From: an uncultured Planctomycetales bacterium
Lineage (GTDB): Bacteria > Omnitrophota > Gorgyraeia > Zapsychrales > Fredricksoniimonadaceae
Reading direction: 5' to 3'
Length of the DNA: 64,000 nt
Assembly: GCA_964483785.1 (NCBI GenBank)
Contig: CAZACW010000003.1
Location: 20,559-84,558, forward strand
Shown: piece after piece, positions 9,001 through 15,031 of the stretch
Layout of the letters: every line of letters begins with the position of its first letter
Position numbering within the stretch: the first letter of the stretch is position 1
The notes under the pieces: generated by a model
What the model was told of the DNA's origin: nothing
Seen by the model: the letters and a program-made list of their open reading frames with translations, nothing else
Databases searched by the model: none
Translations under genes and position numbers: made by a program

Positions 9001-11889
9001 ATTTCGGCCTAAAATGATTTTATGCGTGTTGTTGGGCTCATCTACGAATACAAAGGTCATGGTTTCTGAATCTGTGGTCGGTACGTATTTCAATTTATGC
9101 CATTGACCGTTGATCTGGACGACCCTTAATACACCTTCTTTCGGGTCTTCTGCATTTCTCCACTGGGTCCGGCTGATGAATCGTATTGGTTTGTAAGAGG
9201 GGCCTTGATGCGCGCTTTCGGCATTTTCGACCTCTACACCCAAAAGAAGATCATTGCCTTTGGGCAGTTCGGCATTCGGATAAAATTTATGCGCCAGGGT
9301 CCTGGCCTGGGTGCCGTCCAGTTCTGCCAAGATTGAACGAAAACCAATGACGTTTTCCCGGGTGATCCTTTGGTTTCTGGCCACATCCAGCATGGTCTGG
9401 GCCATGGTCTCATTGGTCATCATCAGCCCTTCCCTGACCTGGCCATTGATTTCGCCCTGGTACCAAACTACAAACGGGTTCATGTTGAAGTCGAAATCCT
9501 CCGCTTCGATGACGGACAAGCGTTGAAATAGCTTTGGGTCCTTGATATGCGCCCATTGCAAGGGGTCGGTAATACGTATCTTGGGTACATAGATGGCGAT
9601 CTGCAGATTATTTTTGATGGCATCCAGGAAAATTTTGGGATCGTTAAACCTGACCAGAGGAGAAAATAAGGCTTTTTCATTCAAATTGGCCAGAATGGCC
9701 ACTGGCCCGCCTTTTTTAAAAAATAATTCGCGTTGAATATTGTCCCTATTCTCTTGGGCTTGGACACTCAGAAGTCTCTGTGGTTCGCTGACTAACTGCG
9801 GCCTGACATTGGAACGAAAATGATTTTCAATAAGGTTCGCTGGAACCATGGTCATGGGAGGTGTGGCCATGGCCTCAAATCGTTGCATCTCAGATTGAGG
9901 AAATGACGGAAAACTGTTTTCATCCATCTGTGTTCTTGTAGTTGTGGGGAGAAACGGCAAAGGAACAGCGGAAGGCTGTACCGAAGCGGGAACCACCCTT
10001 GCAGGAATTGTTGCTGGAGCTGTCCCGATGGCCGCCGCGGGCATATGGAAATTTGCCGTTTCATTGGGATGGACGATCGTATTGTCAGGTGTGATGGTCC
10101 TGGTACCTTGAGGCCCGGTGACAGTCACCCGGCCTTCCTGGATCAGACGGTTGATCGTCATGCGTTGGGATTTGGCTAGGGTATTGTTATAGGCTTGGAT
10201 TTCTGCGGAGCCCATGAAGGTCGTATACAATGATCCCTGGATGCCGGCATTGATCACATGTTCCGGCGGCGGCGCACTGCCGCCGGCCGCTGCAGGTCCA
10301 TGGGCAGGCAGGACCGCGGCCGGCGCTGGAAGCTCTTCGGAACGCACTCCCCCGGCTGCTGCTGTGCGGACAAGGTCCAAATTAAGGACGATTTTATGCG
10401 GCGCTTGATTGGGCAATGACCGCAAATGATAATTGGGCACATCGGTGACAATATCACCGTCAATGCTCAATACGCCTTGGCGGGCCAGCACATCAATGGC
10501 TTTTTTCCAAACATTCAGGTCCTGGCCGGTCTCTTTATACAGCGTGCTGTTGATCAGTCCATACACGCTCCCTGCCCTGCCTTCGGCGTTGATGGCATGC
10601 AGGTCGGAATGATTCTCGGCGTATTGCTGGACAGCGGCAGCCGGCGTATTTAAAAACGGGTTTTCCGCGGCAGATGCCGTGTACATCCCGGCCAAACTGA
10701 CAGGAATGCTCAACAAGGCGCCAAATGCCAAGGCCTTTTTAGCCAGCTGTGCCGAATCCGGACCCTTGACGATCACCATGGCCGCGTTTTGCCAGGACAC
10801 ACCGCCTGAGAAATATTTTCTCGCCACGGTCTCATTGCTCGGCGTCACTTCTTCCTTGATGTAGTTGTACACGCCTTTTTTGTAAGACACCAGATACTGC
10901 CGGAAGATTTCCTCATCCACGTTTTTGTCCGTGACTTCAATGCCGTTGATTTTGCGGCGGTTGACATATCCTTTGGCCATGAGGCTTTCCTTTAATTTGT
11001 TTTTGTACCAAAGGGCCAGGACCAGCGAATTGTAGACCTGCCTTAAATTGGCGAAATTCTCCCCTGTGTTGACTTCTTTTTCCAGGATGGGCAGAATGAC
11101 CTGGCGGATAAGTTGATTGCTTAATTGATGGGCGTCCGGGGTTGGGTGTTTGGCATCAAGGTTTATGTTCTGATCACTGCTCACTGAGCGCTGATCAAGC
11201 GCATGATGCTTATGCATGGACAGATAATCTTCTTCCAACATCACCTTTAATTTGCTTTTGATGATCACGGCTGTATTGGCAGCGGCATTTTCATACACCA
11301 CGGCCTTCTCCGGGACGATCCACACCTTATTGAAGGTGTTCACCGGAATATCGGTGCTGCCCAATTTTTCATAGGCCTGCTGATAGATGGCGCGCCAGAA
11401 GGCACGGCCTACCTTGCCGTCCGGATACATCACAGAAGCCGTAACTTGTTTTAAGAGATAATCCTGGGCCAAGAGTTCCTTGCCCATTTCCGTGATCCCG
11501 AATTCCTTAGGGACGATATGCTCTTTTTCATAGGGGGATAAATTCACCCACATGTCTTTTTGGGGGATGGTCAAAGAGGCGAGAAAATATTTGATCAATC
11601 TTTCCGCTTCATGCTTGAGAAAGACTTTTTTCATCAGGGAGTCATCATCAAATTTAAGTGTGCTGTCCCCTTGCGAAAGCACGAATTCGAATTTGAAGGG
11701 ATTGTTTTTGTAAATTTTAAGGCCGCGGATGAGAGGCGGTGAAAAGCGCGGGGTCAGTGCGACCATTTGACCGGGCGCAGGCAGAAAAGGCACATTGGCC
11801 AAAACAGGTTCAGAGACCAGGGTATTGACCAGGAAGGTGGTAAGAACAGTCCATAAAATAGGTCTATTTATATACTTGTTTTTCAACAT
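1..11889 (-). CDS. Giant secreted protein, 5' end of gene present (ATG at 11889). The ORF runs off the window start, at least 3963 codons. N-terminal signal peptide MLKNKYINRPILWTVLTTFLVNTLVSEPVLA. Hydrophobic TM-like stretch near the window edge. No domain recognised by eye.
   Basis: Hand translation of the minus frame (codon first base at plus coordinates divisible by 3) gave no stop in about 25 sampled 60-nt lines. These were 1-480, 2041-2100, 5821-5880, 7381-7500 and 10681-11889. A TAA lies immediately upstream of the ATG at 11889-11887. The six-frame track lists no minus ORF in this frame across 1-11889, which fits a single open frame lacking an in-window stop. All listed minus ORFs here share the other frame. 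Confidence 0.6.
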   Translation of the reverse strand, partial: MLKNKYINRPILWTVLTTFLVNTLVSEPVLANVPFLPAPGQMVALTPRFSPPLIRGLKIYKNNPFKFEFVLSQGDSTLKFDDDSLMKKVFLKHEAERLIKYFLASLTIPQKDMWVNLSPYEKEHIVPKEFGITEMGKELLAQDYLLKQVTASVMYPDGKVGRAFWRAIYQQAYEKLGSTDIPVNTFNKVWIVPEKAVVYENAAANTAVIIKSKLKVMLEEDYLSMHKHHALDQRSVSSDQNINLDAKHPTPDAHQLSNQLIRQVILPILEKEVNTGENFANLRQVYNSLVLALWYKNKLKESLMAKGYVNRRKINGIEVTDKNVDEEIFRQYLVSYKKGVYNYIKEEVTPSNETVARKYFSGGVSWQNAAMVIVKGPDSAQLAKKALAFGALLSIPVSLAGMYTASAAENPFLNTPAAAVQQYAENHSDLHAINAEGRAGSVYGLINSTLYKETGQDLNVWKKAIDVLARQGVLSIDGDIVTDVPNYHLRSLPNQAPHKIVLNLDLVRTAAAGGVRSEELPAPAAVLPAHGPAAAGGSAPPPEHVINAGIQGSLYTTFMGSAEIQAYNNTLAKSQRMTINRLIQEGRVTVTGPQGTRTITPDNTIVHPNETANFHMPAAAIGTAPATIPARVVPASVQPSAVPLPFLPTTTRTQMDENSFPSFPQSEMQRFEAMATPPMTMVPANLIENHFRSNVRPQLVSEPQRLLSVQAQENRDNIQRELFFKKGGPVAILANLNEKALFSPLVRFNDPKIFLDAIKNNLQIAIYVPKIRITDPLQWAHIKDPKLFQRLSVIEAEDFDFNMNPFVVWYQGEINGQVREGLMMTNETMAQTMLDVARNQRITRENVIGFRSILAELDGTQARTLAHKFYPNAELPKGNDLLLGVEVENAESAHQGPSYKPIRFISRTQWRNAEDPKEGVLRVVQINGQWHKLKYVPTTDSETMTFVFVDEPNNTHKIILGRNYLVQLRSEAFADRFLAEVENKQNQRYQVYLQNKQRFNRAVFLVNLGLSFVPNMKVPVGSILDFGWDIFNRPDLMTMPTETQFMDFVAQYVYHQSGSTANWDQMPDPEKDIFRQQARRMINGELGQEQMTQLQHYIEGKYGYDKIARQMGDALRVLNAATTTLKDSPLSRAARNIPFNPLSGAFNVNYAAAWALNHGPQDAVALRDIAGPNAPVVFRSLLPGIEINFYQLANKIEQETGSGNPLRAPFPHVDGPIISVNFWGLYDTKLRTQLEEITTINKANVRGSGISGYAFDNGWFSGKVHTYTKAEAHAQMMKGFVIGMTENNRPVFAIVERDAKGRESYRLFFPTINGVEENAEQVERDLKTYDKITSVMQQGGVEIYQAALGGDPFHQRTASGALQSMDYIHAGQSNRRGYMFDQSLGLTFAVYANDWNRIQPLEAFIRTIFNAQKTGFQGFAEYYDVYDFRRAQGDGAPGPGPNASILMSLLNLRNALYLKGDNTYTRNDDIINALAVWLGNNWKNENGTEPLALTVGAMGEYRHIMLPGLQQQQSGFNRLFNGSIGSQLDEQYRQMSEALDTRYDPQKGLYKAGGQQKPGINSYLSSDANTRTFLSKGMELFMQSNKMTIEDVMAWWLRVDAEFGINDYYIANGRRFEIRGLSLADADARAHGFGKAVMFEVTSEAVQVLNEIINYAYTHQHPEIVEKASKIRDGYLKTLRIVADANDGNLPQAAHSNIPTGFGYNTQEGTRATAPLLQKSLSEHQINIFRIGRPTLKPPSIIPLPAKVVTDEMTRVDIHIGDKEVDHYRRIIQAQNGRYIRPSGNTEATIESKADGTTVYLHLTRSLAYLQQREINAAIGRINAENMGHAIRGDPGFEGGAGIVSQVRKMPWGIVPGRIIPEPTTGANIRNSTWVRGVFDPQFEQWTDEQKANAQLQGYADLQMTTGPFTTIIYPLDTDVHKITPSPTTGKPVLKVYRNGLLKYSVDEEHIIVPAYDMKLHLEVGTYIYPNPYRSTHVQRLAGVTEYMAQANAVAELAKTPQGKAQAEAVTITLYANFERKAGDHHITKKVVYIGRTNNERRLQIFTDHEYPDSEVTLNEITEYQRNAYGLPPHSEVFFNGDDMTGPLDVEQIAQRLLRPVPGALRTSNTSPIMGQDRNLQRSGFTLPVESLNLSTNITHSLVINASGVVQSNRDADQIGGNTVTQNTQLDYDRSKFSGVVPLASETKSGSGTTLASDRLFNYDQTTGRSWIYHLDEHGQGSFRLFDPRWTQPILVAGKDSLDRWVVTRTDMDRDETHQSSTTTIGQQKGGVTTTSTYDRNHMRWELNVTKWAEQVGQGLALASSTVYQSPFGRTLDVLTASDDGINQRYLPRHDRDGIETGATMDLFNPATHQWVHQFDFSHYRFARGQRIRDVMDLGHQKPSTQMDDMATGLLLAESAPQGVYKSPLGISFEGLVTSRYAYNGPLALVPQTVVNNRGETRRFSGLNSSLLTWQIQGADHKIFYEDTDPKHRGRVSATRAFFDSSSQNVPMAQALWEHRTQNIFRQPTADNIFDLDLIPDSENTNYQNGKPVNRIPVLGSYDVSRLQGTFKIKLDEALSNGSTTVVNQEVIADNQQVAKTIQLAYRYGLERIQWKIIGHKKVVFNWRNEPGSYSVAHGIADTVDVFEINDQGEQVRPLYSAAAKDYNPNDGTLTMLITHYFGNNQDKTWTEMITMSTKGDIQSSIANLVNQQGEQDRKFAYYIYAPEHETYLGLTSENDRRIDLLAGAPPQDASKQDYWYFFADSKDGQMYDDIEVLVTDALGHQVTFTSKMDKSNYFENLLASGQIHELPFIYPYNFTVISTPDQKSPTRESSAVVNVRSLKGRNPFVMPVQWMADAGIDPSKINSVVVHYKGNKDVPVGVSALKTTQQQNEIQITKRQDETVLLGELKRYIADARIQFNSNDTVTADLGWNFGEAVANLQNMKARQGVWAKTREFLQQMKSTHEERDRVQFEILGDGQALMSRYDRDEKLGQWTPLTTIYTFDDLNEKNQPTANVYSGYPGFTVAEEISIVENGYSRMYLLSNGVGIPSIQLFPFAHAGNRPSQTTWQGDAPIIVPNNYGGGAAKAFRELTFNDLYMTFARSYFPKFNPNADHEAIDNVVLDRMRNNRETKPHPVGAFVYNTPFWKLHDLPDHPIPATADLIQIAKAWRNSHTGLIPLTHGTQEQSLDVAKQGDLLAALILSGDQEGIQIAQDILLYQTDKRPFSFWDSTGEGKVPVVNFLNINSGAPQRTTPDLNNPTYSTPKADSQAAITNAVYQLWKANGNPYARTMAMAMARTLVETFYSSDDEIGAFAEEKFVPQVKTLGLNFLGRPNNYLTRTNSKIFLLLNAMRQDTTLDADFRQFLGPRIESLQKFFDTYVMGRVKDESIVPYGFYRRQNGAIEFGEIPGSSSDTWFYFIEAAKAMGRIDDAKGIQLLDMMDRPFEVKTDGQVGLDIAIGPRQRVIAVDSTVNGLRTARLLGYQQAEDGFRRALAAYPRTPENMFPELIGINASAVDPRQGLDSGDMRRFYPRTDGPSPSWAPSLTAGADWLMAQQGGASVYNPAPKDRAQLSFAAPAAHSLFWVAMAYLPLASILLAPFINLLTGAVTKNLLQVRKFYLIGKVKASIPDFDMKDISAAYDLIAQTIEMTDQYGNPIPNPHQDRVHVLRKDIQGPRSLDILSANGFTALIALLKNIQAKDPTVINDDQIKAIINKWSQIFYEEFEKQATYWKTRGSILKSLRRIIGIRFRNNEEDTYTNPRYHPMTLINLYMWDEVKRIRQAEADKQGVKEQVGRSLEILNNEGQFRTWAQTKAKEARHPLLIGAARNLFLVYWIFIAAAFGRAEITHIQSMIHDHLYNNVLFSYIHQFAGSSTWGLLAAGIGLIMMVYMVPETKNPVLSPIAKWTRGLLALGGLGLGASWLMGFIGDYQINFLLPESLSISTGSQVIVHTLMQQVVQNTGLLCAGAAALTASWILDFIQGA

Positions 11890-12098
11890 TTATCCAGTAC
11901 CTTTAAATAAACCTCTTCACTTCTTCATCAAAACTGTTCTCTATATCTAAAGTATATCCCGTTAATAAGGGCTTTGGGCCCCTGAAAGGCCTTTCAAGAG
12001 AAAGCGCTTTCCCGGTTAAACCCCGACGGAGATTAGAGATAATAGAAAAATTTAGATTAAATTTTTAAAAATTAGGGATCGAGGGTTGCTGCGGGAAA

Positions 12099-12512
12099 CT
12101 AAATCGAGGGCGTTTCGGATTTCTGCAGGATCTTCTTGATGAGCTTGAGCGAATTCTCATCGATGCTGGTAAAATAAATCACAAAGCCTTCGCCCGGCAC
12201 CATGCGGGAGATGCGGGCAAGGCCTTGGATCACTTCTGTATCGTTAACGGCACATTGGATGCTGATGCCGATTTCGTCGTTCACGCTCAAATAAAGATTA
12301 TTTTTGATCCTGACAAAGGCGCTGTTTAAGGACAGGTCCTTGATCTGCGCTTTCACGGACAATTGCGACCCGACGCTGACCGTGGCCGGAAATTCCACGT
12401 TGACGCGCGGCTGGCCGCGCTGGTCGCTGTTGCCCAAATAAGCCGTCATAACATTCCTCGATTCATCTAATGATTCAACGGGAGTAATCATCCTGAATCC
12501 GGATGATATCAT
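12099..12512 (-). CDS. PilZ-like domain protein (putative c-di-GMP binding). A more likely start is the internal Met (MTAYLG...) near 12449.
   Basis: 137 aa ORF. It has an RGQPR (RxxxR) motif followed about 25 aa later by a DLSLNS (DxSxxG-like) motif. It is co-directional with the hem operon. Confidence 0.35.
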   Translation of the reverse strand: MISSGFRMITPVESLDESRNVMTAYLGNSDQRGQPRVNVEFPATVSVGSQLSVKAQIKDLSLNSAFVRIKNNLYLSVNDEIGISIQCAVNDTEVIQGLARISRMVPGEGFVIYFTSIDENSLKLIKKILQKSETPSI

Positions 12513-12813
12513 CTTCTCCCAGGTATTTCCCGCAGGCCACTTCGATTAAAACCAAATGCTCAGGGCCTGTATTGCCTATGCGGTGGACGGCGCCTAAAGG
12601 CACATCCACCACGACACCGGGGTTGACAGGGATTTCCTTGCCGTTGACAATGGCCATGCCTTGCCCTGCCACCACGACCCATTTTTCCGACCGGTGCTGG
12701 TGCTTTTGCAGGCTTAACCTCGCTTGAGGGTTGACCTCAATGCGTTTCACCCAAACGCCGGGTTCCTGATGGAACTTGTGATATTGGCCCCACGGCCTTT
12801 TGGTGATTTCCAC
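12475..12813 (-). CDS. Cupin domain protein (mannose-6-phosphate isomerase type II / RmlC-like cupin)
   Basis: 112 aa. The core QKHQHRSEKWVVVAGQGMAIVNGKEIPVNPGVVVDVPLGAVHRIGNTG is typical of the cupin two-His motif 1 and motif 2. Confidence 0.55.
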   Translation of the reverse strand: MEITKRPWGQYHKFHQEPGVWVKRIEVNPQARLSLQKHQHRSEKWVVVAGQGMAIVNGKEIPVNPGVVVDVPLGAVHRIGNTGPEHLVLIEVACGKYLGEDDIIRIQDDYSR

Positions 12814-12818
12814 GACAG

Positions 12819-14081
12819 TTATTTTAGGAAAAAACCCGCGATTTGACCAGATAAATAGTTTAATTCTTTCGCGCTGTGGGCCATGGAAACAAAAAATGTT
12901 TCCAATTCAGCCGGCGGCCAGTAAATCCCCTTCCCTAATAAATAGTGGAAAAGGCGGGCGTATTGCTTTTGGTCCGAGGCTTTCAGGGCCTGCGCGTAAT
13001 TATTCACGGGCCCGGATGAAAAACGGAGGCAGACCATGCTGTGATGATAGGCCAGATGGGCCTGGATGCCGTTGGCCTGCAAAAGGGCATTGGTTTGGAT
13101 GACAAAATTTCTGCTTAGATCATTGAGTTTTTTATAGGCCGGCGGCGTCAATTGATGCAAGACCGCCAGGCCTGCCTGCATCACCACGGGATTGCCTGAA
13201 AAGGTCCCGGCTTGGTAAACGCCGCCTAAAGGCGCCAAATGCCGCATGATGTCCTTGCGTCCGCCATAGGCGCCGACCGGAAAACCGCCGCCGATGATTT
13301 TGCCCAGGCAGGTCAAGTCCGGAATAATGCTAAGCTCCGATTGGGCGCAGCCTAAATTGGACCTGAACCCGCTCATCACTTCATCAAAAATCAGGATGAT
13401 CCCATATTTTTTGGTCAAGGCCCGCAGGCCTTGCAGGAATTCCTTGTGAGGGTTGACCAGGCCCATATTGCCCGGTACAGGTTCAATGATCACGCAGGCG
13501 ATGTCGCGGTGATGGCGTTCAATGGTTTTGGATAAAGTTTGAATATCATTAAACGGCAGGCTTAAAGTGTCCTGCATATGCGCTTGCGGAATGCCCTGGC
13601 TCGAGGAAGCCGGCAAAAAGGCCAGGCCGGAGCCGGCCTTACTTAATAAATCATCGCTGTGCCCATGATAACAGCCGTCGAATTTGATGATTTTGGCGCG
13701 TTTGGTAAAACCGCGGGCTAAGCGCACAGCGCTCATCGTGGCTTCCGTCCCGGAATTGACAAAACGCACCCTGTCGATCGACGGGACATGACGGCAAATG
13801 AAGCGGGCGATTTCAATTTCAGCTTTGGTGGTGGTGCCGAAGCTGGTGCCGTTCTTGAGGGCTTTTTGAATGGCTTTGCGGACTTCACGGTTGTCGTGGC
13901 CCAAGATCAAGGCGCCCCAGGAAAGGCAATAATCAGCATAGCTTCGGCCTTGGATATCATAAAGCCGAAAGCCCCTGCCCCTGGCCATCAGCAGAGGCTT
14001 GCCGCCCACGGCCAAAAAAGCGCGGACCGGGCTGTTGACCCCTCCCACCAATACTTTTTGAGCTGAGTTTAAGAGATCCAT
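12819..14081 (-). CDS. hemL: Glutamate-1-semialdehyde 2,1-aminomutase
   Basis: 420 aa. N-terminal GGVNSPVRAF signature, PLP-dependent class III aminotransferase fold motifs, and a 13-nt overlap with hemB. Confidence 0.95.
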   Translation of the reverse strand: MDLLNSAQKVLVGGVNSPVRAFLAVGGKPLLMARGRGFRLYDIQGRSYADYCLSWGALILGHDNREVRKAIQKALKNGTSFGTTTKAEIEIARFICRHVPSIDRVRFVNSGTEATMSAVRLARGFTKRAKIIKFDGCYHGHSDDLLSKAGSGLAFLPASSSQGIPQAHMQDTLSLPFNDIQTLSKTIERHHRDIACVIIEPVPGNMGLVNPHKEFLQGLRALTKKYGIILIFDEVMSGFRSNLGCAQSELSIIPDLTCLGKIIGGGFPVGAYGGRKDIMRHLAPLGGVYQAGTFSGNPVVMQAGLAVLHQLTPPAYKKLNDLSRNFVIQTNALLQANGIQAHLAYHHSMVCLRFSSGPVNNYAQALKASDQKQYARLFHYLLGKGIYWPPAELETFFVSMAHSAKELNYLSGQIAGFFLK

Positions 14082-15031
14082 TTCAGGGCAGATTTGGCGT
14101 GATAAGAAATGATGATGTCTGCGCCGGCGCGCTTCATCGCGGTCAGGGTTTCCAGGACAATTGATTTTTCATCGATCCATCCGTTTTGCGCGGCGGCCTT
14201 GACCATGCTGTACTCACCGCTGACATTGTAGCCTACGATGGGCACGGTCAATTCCCGGCGAAGTTGGGCGATGATGTCCAAATAAGCCAAGGCAGGTTTC
14301 ACCATGATCATGTCAGCGCCCTCGTTAACGTCTTTTTTGGCTTCTTTCAAGGCCTCGCGGCTGTTGGCAGGGTCCATTTGATAGGATTTGCGGTCGCCTG
14401 ATTTGGGTGTCGAATGGGCGGCATCGCGAAACGGGCCGTAATAAGCCGAAGCATATTTGACTGCATAGGATAAAATGCCCACGTCCTGAAATCGGGCCTG
14501 GTTTAAGGCCTGGCGGATGGCGCTAACGCGAAAATCCATCATGTCCGAAGGAGCGACCCAATCCGCGCCGGCCTGGGCCTGGGCCACGGCCATTTTGCCA
14601 AGCACAGGCAGGGTCTTGTCGTTGTCGATTTTTTCGTTAACGATCAGGCCGCAATGCCCATGGCTCATGTACGCGCACAGGCACACGTCTGTGACGATCA
14701 AAAAATCCGGAAAATGTTTTTTTAAGGCCTTGATGGCCGACAAAACAGGGTTGCCGGCGGCATAGGCGTATTGGCCGGTATTATCTTTGCGGGCCGGCAC
14801 GCCAAAGAGCATGCATCCTTTGCCGCCTTCCCGGATATAATCATCAATATCTTTAAGCAGATAATCCAGGGAAAAGCGGAATATGCCGGGCATGCTGGGG
14901 ATGGCTTCCTTTTTGTTTTTGCCCGCGACGACAAAATAAGGCTGGAGAAGATCATAGGCATTTAAGCGGGTCTCGCGGACAAATTCCCTGATTGCGGGCG
15001 TGGCCCTTAATCTACGATAACGATACGGCAT
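14069..15031 (-). CDS. hemB: Porphobilinogen synthase (delta-aminolevulinic acid dehydratase)
   Basis: 320 aa. Starts MPYRYRRLRATPAIREFVRETRL and carries an active-site lysine region typical of HemB. Overlaps the upstream fusion gene by 20 nt. Confidence 0.95.
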   Translation of the reverse strand: MPYRYRRLRATPAIREFVRETRLNAYDLLQPYFVVAGKNKKEAIPSMPGIFRFSLDYLLKDIDDYIREGGKGCMLFGVPARKDNTGQYAYAAGNPVLSAIKALKKHFPDFLIVTDVCLCAYMSHGHCGLIVNEKIDNDKTLPVLGKMAVAQAQAGADWVAPSDMMDFRVSAIRQALNQARFQDVGILSYAVKYASAYYGPFRDAAHSTPKSGDRKSYQMDPANSREALKEAKKDVNEGADMIMVKPALAYLDIIAQLRRELTVPIVGYNVSGEYSMVKAAAQNGWIDEKSIVLETLTAMKRAGADIIISYHAKSALKWIS

